A stretch of 64,000 bases of DNA. Source: Podarcis liolepis (lineage: Eukaryota). Below the pieces are notes generated by a model. The model had not been told where the DNA came from and did no database searches. It saw nothing but the letters and a program-made list of their open reading frames with translations. The stretch lies in NCBI GenBank assembly GCA_965112155.1, contig OZ218104.1. The stretch is one strand, 5' to 3'. The position numbers and the translations under genes were made by a program. Within the stretch, counting starts at the first letter, position 1. Every line of letters begins with the position of its first letter. Below are positions 1 to 12,000 of this stretch, one piece after another.

Positions 1-56
1 ACTGACAGCGTAATAGGGCAACCAGGCCCCCTTCTCCCCCAACCTCTCTCACTCAG

Positions 57-3000
57 GGTCTGTCCCACAGGCCCTAGAGAAGGTGCTGCACCAGTTCAGC
101 CAGGCTGTGAAGACCCCAGACCACCCTATGGCACTGGAGCAGGCAGCCCGGATGCTGGATAATTTGACAAATTTCCACGCTCTGCTCTCAGACGATGCCC
201 AGGTACTGGCACATGGCAGGGAGGGAGGGTGGGTGGGTGCGGCCTATTCTCCCAGTCCTTGGTTGAGCCAGGCTCTACCCAGGCTATGTACAGAGGCAAG
301 CCTGCCGCTTGGCACAGCCAGCCTCGCCCTTGCACCCCCAAATCAGCCCCGCCAGATGACCAGCCCTGCCTTGTTCCTACAGGCCTCTGCCAGCCAGGCA
401 CTCCTCTCCCTGAGCTCTCAGCTACTGAGGGACCACTCTGCCAGCAATGCCTCCTGCCTAGACCTCGCATCCCAGGCTCTTTTCCAGGCCCTCAGCAACC
501 TCCTCCAAGCCTCAGGCAGCCAGGCACCCAGCTTCGGCCCGCAACAGGTGGGGGAGAAAGAGGACCTGCAGGGGTCGGGTGGAGGAGGCTATTATGACCT
601 GCCCCTTCCCCCTTCACTCTTTCCCAGGCCAGCAGAAGGATGGGGTTGCCAGCTCAGGCCTGCTGCATGGCTGGGTCTCATTCTGAAGGCACCCCCTTTT
701 GTCCAGGCCTTCCCATTGCTCTGAGCCCATGGGAAGGGAGCTGAGCTTCCCGGCTCCCCACCCTGGCTCTGCCCAGCTCCTGACCACACCTGGCCTTTCT
801 GCAGCAGAAACCAAAGGTCCTGGAAACAGCATTGAAAGCCCTTCCTCTGATCCAGACGGGGCTCCTGTTGGGAAGCTCCACCATGGAGGAATCCACAGTA
901 ACTGTGGTGTCTCCTGTGCTCAGCACCACCCTCAGCAGGTACCAGTCTCCTCTCTCCTAGGCACTGAAGAAGGGGGGGGGGGCTTGCTCAGGGCAGCTGG
1001 GGAACTGAATAAATTGTTTGGTTGCCAATTACCTATTGGAATCCTTTTGGTACGCAGAGTAAGACATTTTTCAGAGAATGCATCTTGGTTAGGGGACAGA
1101 CTTTTATGAGTTACAATCTCACACACAGGGATGTTTGTACCGTAGTTAAGATAAATAATAAAGGAGTCTATTACATTATTTTAAAAATTATTACTACATT
1201 TATAACCCACTTTTTCTCCAAAAAGCTCAGGATAGCTCACAGACTTCTCCTTTTTTCCATCTTATTCTCATAACAACCCTGTGAGGTAGGTTGGGGCTGA
1301 GAGATAGTGACTGGCCCAAAGTCACCCATTGGGTTTCATGGCTGAGAGGGGATTTGAACCCTGGTCTCCCACGTCCATGTCTCGCACTCTAACCACATAG
1401 TTGGATAGAAAAGTTCCAAGTTCTAGCCTAACAAGTCTGTACTAGAGCATGGTAGCCATGCTGGCTCCTGTCTTATCTCAGAGGATAATTCTTCTTGGAG
1501 AGAGAAATTTGAGAGGAGCAGGAAGTTGTGAAACAGAGTGCAGCCTGAGAATATCAAAAGAGATAGAGAGGTGAGCTGAAGAGGTTAATGACACAAAGGT
1601 AGTCTGGGAATCTGGAGGTCTCGAACTCTGTTCTATCTGTCCTAACCTACGCAAGACCCCTCTTCTGAAAATGGAGTTGCACTCAAACTTTCAACAGTAA
1701 CCCCTCTCCCCACTCCCTACCAGGTGTGACAAAGCCTCCCTGCCCCATGCCTCCTTCCATCTGCTTCAGCCAAGGGGGCTGAACGTAACCTTCCCATCCA
1801 GCTCTGCTCTGGAGCCAGTTCTGAGCCAGCACCCTCAAGTACAAGTCCAGGTAAGGTGGTAGTGGCTTGCTGCCCACTGGGTCCTTGTAGGGGGACATAG
1901 TGCAGGACTGGCAGGGCATGGAGGTGGGGCAGAGGGCACCCCCACAGCTCACTCTTGCTCTCATCTTCACTCTAGGTGGCCTCCTTTGCATTCAATCCTT
2001 TCCGGCACCTGGATGGGAAGCCGATCAAAAGGACGGCAAGTATCGCTCTCATGGCCAGCGAGAAGTCCATCGGTGTCCACAATCTTACAGAGGAAATAGA
2101 GGTGAGAATGGATACTGTACTGGGACGTTCTCTCATCAGGGGGACTCTTCTCTCAGCACCCTAGTGCCATGGAGAAGCAGCGCTGTCCAAGGTCCAGCTC
2201 TGGATCAGAGATAAGCACTTTGTGCTGTATGGCCTGATGGGAGACAATATGTGCTCAAGGACCAGTGGGGGGACGGACGGACTGCAGGGCTGACCATAGG
2301 CATTCTGTCTGCTTCCAGATTGGGCTCAGTGCTGAGGCTAGTGCTGAGGCCCCTCATACTCACTTGATTGGCAACGTCAGGAACTTTGACATTGTGGTAA
2401 ACATCACATCAGTAGAGGATGCCCTGCTAGTATCGGTGGAATCCAGCACAGTGGTCCAGATCACCTTGCACCTGGGCCTCCAACCTGAGCCCAACAAGAA
2501 CAGCAGCCTCCTCAATACCACCCTGCCCAGCAGCGGATGGCAAGAGGGTGAGGACTTGTTAGAAGGAAGCTAGAGGGCAGGTGCTGCTTTGGGACTTCCT
2601 ATTGGAGCATCTGACTGACCTCTAGGAGAATAGTGCTGGACTAGAGTGACCATTGGCCTGATGCAGCAGGTTCTTCTTATGCTCATACATACAACACAAT
2701 GGTGCATGTATCCCCTTAAAAGTAAGTCTCATTGGAGTTCAGTGAGGTAACTCTCAGGTAAGTGGGCATAGCTTTGAGGTGTTAACTTCACCGGCTGTTC
2801 TGGGTTTCAGCCATAAGACATGACCTGTATGGCAGGCTTCCTCAAACTCGGCCCTCCAGATGTTTTGAGACTACAATTCCCATCATCCCTGACCACTGGT
2901 CCTGCTAGCTAGGGATCATGGGAGTTGTAGGCCAAAAACATCTGGAGGGCTGAGTTTGAGGAAGCCTGCTATATGGGAACAATTTACCTCTATAAATAAA

Positions 3001-6000
3001 AAGGGAAAGTTGCAAAAGTATACAGATTGAATCAGCTGTGTTTCAATTATTTAATTGCCCATTAAATTCATTTAATTGCAAATTAACATGGTGTAGTGGT
3101 CAGATTTGCACTGTGGGAAACATCAATGGGAAATTTGATTTAAATCGCTTAGTTAAATCAGCCCGTTTCTTCATTTACATAATTGACCAAAACACTTTGA
3201 TTTAAATCTGTGCACCTGGGAGTAGGCACAGAGGGAGGGGCTTGAGGAGCTGGGGCCAGGCAGGACTGTGTCCCCCAGTGGGGGAAGGTGTGGGTGAGGT
3301 CAGTGGGTGTGGTCCCTCTCTGCTCTCTTTGACTCACTGCTCTTGCTTCAGAGGGTACCTACACATGGGTGATTCCTCCAGAGGAGCTGCAGCATCATGG
3401 CCTGGGCACCTACTACATCTCTGCAGAGGTGGCTCCCCTCTCTCAGGGCCCCTGGAACCTCTCCATTCACACCATCATCTCTGGATGCTACTACTGGTCC
3501 AGCCAGCGTGAGGCCTGGAGAAGTGATGGATGTCGGGTATGCAGTAGGGTCAACCAGGCCAGAGGGCTGCAGGGCAGGCAAGCAAGCCTTTGCTTCCATG
3601 CTGGGAGAAAAAAAACGTAGGGCAGAATGTCATGGGGAACCAAATGGAGCAGAACTATTGGGACCTCATCCTCCTGTGTTGGTTTCTAATGCATCAGTGC
3701 TTCCCTCCCAGGTGGGCTCCCAAAGCACCCTCCACAGCACCCAGTGCTTGTGCAACCACCTCACCTTCTTTGGGTGCGTCGCCTTGGTCCTGCCACACCT
3801 GATTGACCTTCACAACACTGCAAAGCTCCTGAGCACCGTGGGCCAGAACCCTTCTGGGCTGGCCTTGCTAAGCAGCTTGTTGCTGGGCTATGGAGCTGCC
3901 CTCGTTTGGGCTCGATGGCGACAGAGAACGGATGTTAAGAAGGTGAGGGGAAAGGGCAAGCAAAAGATTTATGATGGTGGTTTGGGGTTATTAGCATTTG
4001 CAGGCCAGAGACACCCACCCCCCATTTGCCCTCATTCAGGCCCTTCTTGTCTGATGTGCTGAAATGAGGAACAATGAAAGTTTTTCATTGGAAATGCAAA
4101 CGGGTCATGAGAGAAGACATTTTACACCGTCTTTTTAGGGTATGAGATATTTATTCAGCAAACAGCTGAGAGCCAGACCCCCTGGAAAAGCCGACTTGCT
4201 GAAGTGGGGCTTGGCCATTTCTAGGGCCACCCACCCCATGTGTGTCTCTCCCCCCTCCAGGTGAAGGTCACAATCCTAGCAGATAATGAGGCCACCGCCT
4301 GCTTTCCTTACCTGGTGCAAGTCTTCACAGGCTACCGCCGAGGGGCTGGGACCTCTGCTAAGGTAGGGGAGGGTCTTACTTCCCTGCAGGCCCACTTTGT
4401 ACTGTTGATGGTACAAGTGCTGCCCATCAAGTTCCATGACCTCGGGCACCTGCCCACAGAATCTGGGCCAAGTCTGGCAGATCTCTCCCTATCAGGGAGT
4501 GGGTGTGTGGGGTGCAGTCTTCTGTGTGACTGGCTGCATGCAAAAGCCTGTCTTTGATGACATCCTTCATGTGCTCCCTGCTTGGGCAAGGAACTGAGGA
4601 AAGGAAGCAATCCATGAACCCCACCCAGCATCCGCCCTCTTTTCCCTTTCCTTGATTGACCCCTTCTCCCTCCTTGGCTTGAGATTATCCTGACCCTCTA
4701 TGGGGCAGAGGGCCGGAGTGAGCCACACCTGCTACAGCACCCCCAGGGGCCCTCCTTTGAGCGAGGTGCGCGGGATGCCTTCCTCCTTGCCACTCAGAAG
4801 TCCCTGGGCAACCTCCACGCCATCCGCCTCTGGCACGACAACACTGGGCCCAACCCCAGCTGGTAAGTCCATGGCCCAGCGAGGGCTGAGGGTGGGGGCC
4901 AAGAGGGTGGGGTTAGAGCGAACCAGACAGCAACTGGGATGCCAGGCAAGGAGGAGGTTGGAAGCACACGACTGGCGTGGGAGAATCCGTTGGCAGCACC
5001 AGACCTTATCAGATGCTAGTAGGCGAAGGGACACTGCAGCTGGCATACCTAGTCCTCCCATGCCATGGGGTTGTGCTGCCAGGACCTGGACACATGCAGA
5101 ATTCTCAGGTCCTCAAAGATACCTCCTTTCAAGCCTATGCTGAAGAAATTCACAATATCCCTGTCCAACTGTAGCAAAACTAGCATCAGGTCAGTTGGAC
5201 ATTCCAGGGGGACGATGGAACTGTGGCATGTCTTGTCCCACCCAAGGTTCATGCTCACCATGTTAAAGGCCAGCTTTGGCTCCAGAGGCCACATTGTTAT
5301 GTCAAATAATGCATATGACCCACCTTTGGTATGAACCCCCAAACATAAAGGATACATCAGGGAGGGAATACGCTTCCATCTCCAGTCTTTTCCCAAAGCT
5401 ACTGGGCAAAGAATGCTTTATGTATAGGTTAACTTGGAGCAAAGCTTCTCTTGTGCTTGAGCCACATGCAGAGAGCCACATGCAGCTCTCTGCTTTGGCA
5501 AGGTAATGAGGGCAGAAGGAAAAGATCCCCACTGCTTCCCTTTAACCTGCAGCTCTTGAGTGATGGGGGAGTGGGGGCAGATCCCTTGGCTGTAGCTAAT
5601 GGGCACCACATGACTGCTTGGCAGTGCCACCCATGTGTGGGCAAACGACTGAAAGGCCTGAGCCTCCTGCAGGTTTGTGAGGCGGCTGGTTGTCTGTGAC
5701 CTGTCTGCCAAGAAGAAGTGGCATTTCCTGTGTGACTCTTGGCTGGCAGCTGACCTGGATGACGGCCATGTGGATAAAGTCTTTGCTGCTGCCTCCGAGA
5801 GGGATCTCCTGTCCTTCAGGTAAATATGAGCCCCACCCACCCACCTCCTGCCAGTTTGTGGCATCTCTGGAATGTGTTTTTGCCCTTGGGGTTTTTCTGC
5901 CCCTGATCTACCCAACAGGTACCTTGCCTTTTGTCAGGGAAGAGTTAGAGGTTTTCAGTTTATCAGAGGGAGAAAGCATTCCCCAAGGGGGGGAGGAGAG

Positions 6001-9000
6001 CAGTGAATCTAATAGAAGGGAGCAAGAGGAACAACAGGGAGGGACCGGTTGTTCAGGACAGGCAAGGGTTAAGTTCTAGCTCAGATTCTGAGGAGAGGAG
6101 ATACAGGCCAGCTCTAGCCAGGAGGTTAGAAAAAAGAGCGGGAAAGCGAAGGGAAAGGCGCCTTCGCCATTTTGAGAGTGGCTGGTCATGGAGAAGCAGA
6201 GCTCAGAAGGTATCTGAAAGAAGTGACTCTGAGGAACAATAGTTAAGAACTGTTTGTAAGAATGTTTTGTTAATACGCAATAAAAAGTTTTATAAAAGAA
6301 CCAGAAGCGTTTGTGTGGTGATCTGAAGAGGACAACGACCAGTCCTGACAGAATACCTTCTGCTCTGCGCCTCTTCACTATAAGTAAAGAAGGAGAAACC
6401 AAAATGGAGGGAGCTGTGGCGCCAGTTGGGCAAGGAGAAACCCCCGCGCTCCAGCTAACATTACAGGACTTATGGCAACAGAACTTACAGTTGAAAAGTC
6501 AAGTCGACGTACTATCGGCAGCACTGGGAGAACATAGAACCATGCTGCAATCGACGTGTGGAGATAGAGTGAGTAAAACATTTACTGTACGTCCACGTAG
6601 CTTCAAGGGAGAAAGCTCTGAATACATGGCTTTCAAGACAGAAATTTCTTACATAATTGAGATAAAGGATAAAGAATTTCAATCTGAGCAAGAGAAGGTT
6701 GCTTATGTGATTAATTTCTTGGAAGGGAGGGCTAAGGACTGTGTTATACCCCTCATATCTCGGAGGGATGTCGCCCTAGGAAATCTACAAATTTTTCTGC
6801 AGTATCTAGACACAATTTTCTTAGACCCTGCGCATGAAACAACCACAGCTAGACAGCTGCTGAGAATGAGACAAGGAAAAGACACTGTGGGAGTTTATTG
6901 GTCCAACTTTAGTTTGCTGGTGCAGAAATTAAAATGGGATCTGAATTCCCCAACAGTTGCAGCCCTTTTTAGGGAAGGACTGAATAATGAGATTTTAGAC
7001 CAATTGGCCCAAATGCCAGAACCTAGTTCCTTGGACTCTCTGGTCCGAACGTGCCTGCAATTGAGCCTACGCGTGGAACGGAGGGCTAGTGAAAAGAAGG
7101 AACAATGGAGACCACGGTGGCGGGAAAATAATATCGAAAGTACAGAGAGCAGAGCGGGCAACGTGACAGGACGAGAGCGGCCAGAGCCCATGGAATTAGG
7201 AGCAGCCAGACCCCTCCCAGTTACTACCTCTTCTATGGTAAGAGGAAATGCAGGGAAAGGAAGAGATGCAAGGCGTTGCTTTGTCTGTGGAAAACCAGGG
7301 CATCTAGCACGACAATGTCACAATCGTAAAGGATGGGAGTCTCTATCTGGAGCAGACATGAGACACGACAATTGCCCAGAGGAACTGCATCAGGGAAACG
7401 AATGTCCCCGGCTGGAAATGGGAGCTTGCAGCCGGGTGGAGAAGCAATAGAAGGCTCTCACGCGGAACCACCTATCCCAGGGCTAACGGTGAAGGTGCAA
7501 CTACAACTACCCAATGGACACAGCGTCCAGGTAGAGGCGTTGTTAGACTCAGGAGCGTCAGCAGATTTCATAGACCAGAAATTGGTACAGGAACACAAAA
7601 TCGCTTTGTTACCTTTGAGTTCCCCACTGCGAGTGAAAACAATCGACGGCAGACCGCTACTTTCAGGAGAAGTGACTTATGAGACTCCACCAATGAGAAT
7701 GGATATGGGTCATCACTCAGAGACCAGGGCATTTCATGTGACCAAACTAGCTGGGCACCCAATGGTGCTGGGCATGAGTTGGCTCAATCGTCATAATCCG
7801 GTAATTGCCTGGCATCAAAGATCTTTGGTTTTTGGTTCGATATATTGTATGACACATTGTTTGGGGCAAAAGGGAAAAATCTCGGTGGAAGTAATGGGAA
7901 CAGAGGTAGAAGGGAAGTTGATGGGGAATGAAAGTGAGATTCCATCACAATATATGGCTTATCAGGATGTTTTTTGTGAAAAAGAAGCAGATAAACTTCC
8001 ACCACATAGGCCCTATGATTGCAAGATAGATCTAGTCCCTGGGGCACAGTTGCCACCAAGCAAGATATATGCCATGTCGGAAGTAGAATCTGCAGCATTG
8101 AGGGAGTTCCTGCAAAAGAATTTGCAGAGAGGTTTTATTAGAGAGTCTACGGCCTCTGGGGGTGCTCCTGTCTTTTTTGTCAAAAAGAAAGGTGAGGAAG
8201 GGGCACCAAGATTAGTATGTGACTTCAGAATCCTTAACAGTCAAATGAAGCCTCGTGTGTGCCCACTGCCACGTATAGATGACCTCTTAGAGAGAGTAAG
8301 GTCAGCCAAAGTCTTTACCAAGCTTGATCTACGAGGAGCATATAATCTGATAAGGGTCAGAGAAGGGGATGAGTGGAAAACCAGTTTTTGTACTAAGTAT
8401 GGTGCATTTGAATTCTTGGTAATGCCTTTTGGCTTGCAAAATGGCTCAGGGGTATTTCAAACCTTCATCAATCACGTATTAGCAGGTATACTGGATCAGT
8501 TCTGTGTCTCTTATTTAGATGACCTCTTAATATATAGTGAAAGTATGGAGGAACACGTAAAACATGTCACACAGGTGTTAGAGAGATTGAGGACCAACAG
8601 GTTATATGTGAAGTTAGAGAAGTGTAAATTCCACACACAAAAGGTGGAGTTCCTGGGATATTGCATTTCCCACAAAGGGGTGCACATGGACCCCAGTAAA
8701 GTTCAGGCAGTGGTGGAATGGGAGGCACCTAAAACTAAGAAAGATCTACAGAGGTTTTTAGGATTTGCTAATTTCTATCGTAAATTCATAGGTAATTACT
8801 CCAAAATCACAGCGCCACTAACTGATTGTCTAAAAGGCAAGGGGCCATTCAGATGGACTGAGGAAGCACAGAAGGCCTTTGATAAATTAAAGGTGGTGTT
8901 TGCTTCAGAAAAATATCTTATGCACCTAGATCCAAGTAAGCGTATAAAGGTAGAAACTGATGCCTCTGACAGGGCTATTGGGGCCATTCTGCTGCAACAG

Positions 9001-12000
9001 GACAAGGAAGGGGACTGGAGACCCTGTGCATTCTACTCTAGAAAATTAAATCAATCAGAACAAAACTACACCATATTTGATAAGGAACTTTTAGCTGTGC
9101 ACGCTGCCTTTAAAGTGTGGAGACATTTTTTGGAAGGGGCATCACATCAGGTGGTGGTACAAACAGATCATAAGAATTTAGAGTATTGGAGAACTGCTAG
9201 ACAGCTAAACCAAAGGCAAATTAGGTGGGCAGAGTTTTTTGCTGGGTTTAATTTTAGGATTGAGTACATACCTGGGCATCAAAACATTCGTGCAGACGCG
9301 CTATCGCGCAAACCTGAGTATATGGAAGGGGAAGCACCTCCCAAGTTGCGAGAAATGCTGAGATCGGATCAGTGGGGGTGTGCAGCCGTAGTAGTGGACG
9401 GCAGGGAATTCCAGCAATTGACAGTAACAGATGAGTTTGCACAAAAGAAAATGGAGGAACTGAGAAAAGGTAAAGGGGAAGAGGAAGGTTTCAAAGAAAA
9501 AGATGGATTGTTGTACAGGAGAGGGGTGCTGTATGTACCTGCAGGTGAATTAAGAGGTAAAGTGTTGAGGCAACATCATGATAACCCGACTGCAGGACAT
9601 TTTGGTAGAGAAAAGACCCTGTATCAGATCACACGGCAGTTCTGGTGGCCAAAGTTGAGGGAGGAAGTAACACAATATGTAAGAGGTTGTGAAGTATGTC
9701 AACGAGCCAAGGCACCCAGAGCAGCTCCCGCAGGGTTGTTGCAACCTATGCCCACGCCGGGAAGGCCTTGGGATGTGGTGTCTATGGATTTTATAACGGA
9801 TCTACCGTCATCGCACAGGCAAACAGTGATCTTTGTAGTGGTTGACATGCTAACCAAGATGGCACATTTCATACCATGTACCAAAATTCCGACCGCACAG
9901 GAAACTGCAAAGATGTTTTTAGATAATATTTTTAGGTTGCATGGTATGCCATCACAAATCATTTCAGATAGAGGGGCCCAATTTACATCACAATTTTGGA
10001 AGAGGTTAATGCAGTTACTAGATGTGGAGCTAAGCCTCACGTCAGCGAGACACCCGCAAACCAATGGGGAAGCTGAAAGAACGAATGCAACACTACAACA
10101 ATATCTGAGGTGTTATGCTGGTTATCAGCAGAGCGGGTGGTTAGAGAAGTTGAGTCTAGCAGAGTTTGCGTATAATAATGCAATGCATGTGTCTACGGGC
10201 AGAGCCCCATTTGTGGCAAACTATGGCTTGCACCCAAGGGCATTCCCAGGTCAAGAGGAGCAGTTAGCAGTACCAGCAGCAGAACAAATGATAGAGGAGT
10301 TGAGGTGCATGCATGAGATATTGAAAGAGGATTTGGAAGAAGCTAAAGAGGCTTACAAAAAAGCTGCAGATAGGCACCGGCGAGTTGGGGAAGAAATCCA
10401 AGTAGGGAGCTGGGTATGGCTGTCTACCAAGGGACTACCAATACGAGGGAAGTGTAAAAAGCTAGAACCAAGGAGATTGGGACCTTTCCAAGTAAAGGCT
10501 CAAATTAACCCAGTCGCTTTCAAGCTTCATTTGCCTGAAAATATGAGAATACACCCTGTATTTCATAGATCTTTATTGTCAGTGTTTGTACCAGCACATA
10601 AGTATCAAATCTCAAGGGAACCACCTCCTTTCCCCACCATGATGGGGGAAGAAGAGACCGAAGTGGAAAAGATATTAGACTCGAGAATAAGTAGGAGGAA
10701 ATTACAGTATTTGGTTGCATGGAAAGGGTTAGATGAGTCTGAGAACTCATGGGAACCAGCAGAAAAAATTAACGTTCCGGAATTGCAGCGAGAATTTCAT
10801 AGAAAATATCCCCACAAGCCAAAACCCCAGAACTGGCATCTTCAAGAAATTTTTGAAGAGACAGATAGCGAGGAAGAGGAGTTCATAGGGTTCGGTCCTC
10901 CAGAAACAGAGGAGAGCGAGGAGGAGGAAGGGGGGCTTAGGGGAGGGGGTGATGTCAGGGAAGAGTTAGAGGTTTTCAGTTTATCAGAGGGAGAAAGCAT
11001 TCCCCAAGGGGGGGAGGAGAGCAGTGAATCTAATAGAAGGGAGCAAGAGGAACAACAGGGAGGGACCGGTTGTTCACAGGACAGGCAAGGGTTAAGTTCT
11101 AGCTCAGATTCTGAGGAGAGGAGATACAGGCCAGCTCTAGCCAGGAGGTTAGAAAAAAGAGCGGGAAAGCGAAGGGAAAGGCGCCTTCGCCATTTTGAGA
11201 GTGGCTGGTCATGGAGAAGCAGAGCTCAGAAGGTATCTGAAAGAAGTGACTCTGAGGAACAATAGTTAAGAACTGTTTGTAAGAATGTTTTGTTAATACG
11301 CAATAAAAAGTTTTATAAAAGAACCAGAAGCGTTTGTGTGGTGATCTGAAGAGGACAACGACCAGTCCTGACACCTTTGACTGAATTATGCTAAGAACAC
11401 CTGTGTGAAAAAGCAATATGCAGACATCAAAAAATAAAAGTCAGAATGGCAGGCTTTGTCCCAGAATCTGCTTGGAATGACGAATCTCAGACCCAGTGAA
11501 GAAAGTTCCTTTGACTATACACAGAGAGGGCCTTTCTCTTCCACCCATCTGGGAGTTGGGTCTTCCTTCCAGGTCAGAGAGTATGATGCAGCTTCCAGCT
11601 CCTCCCCATTCAGAAATTATGTGCAGCAGGAAAGGTCCCACCCTGCTCCTGGCCCTTGACCCTCTCCACCAAATACGTCCCTTATCCCACTTCACCAGGT
11701 ACCAGTTCTGGTCAGGGCTGGTGGACAAATTGACGCAGGAGCACCTGTGGCTGTCGGTGGTGACCTGCTCGCCCTGGAGCCCCTTCACCCGTGTCCAGAG
11801 GCTCTCCTGCTGCCTGGCCCTCCTCTGCTGCACCTTCCTCATCAACATCATGTTCTGGAGAAAAGAGGCAGGGTCCAGAAGCCCTGAGGCTGGTGAGTCG
11901 GCTGCCAGCTGGAGACTAGCATAGCCAGTGCCTTTCCTTGTCCCCTGCCCCAACATGATGCAGGTGGGCGCTGGGCTGGGGGCAGGTGAGTGGGTGGGGT

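Larger units (their letters stand above)
5932..11373 (+). mobile_element. Full-length Ty3/Gypsy chromovirus LTR retrotransposon (Tf1/sushi group) in PKD1L3 intron 5820-11698
   Basis: Two LTRs with TGTCAGG...CCTGACA ends; 5-bp TSD CCTTT (5927-5931 and 11374-11378); intact gag and pol; polypurine tract before the 3' LTR. Confidence 0.98.

Noticed and set aside
6288-6297. TATAAAA in the LTR as the promoter TATA box
   Set aside because: It lies downstream of the AATAAA and of the predicted self-primer/TSS, so its position does not fit a U3 TATA box.
7333-7392. ATG at 7333 as an independent pol start
   Set aside because: The slippery site and pseudoknot at 7393-7460 explain pol expression as a Gag-Pol fusion.
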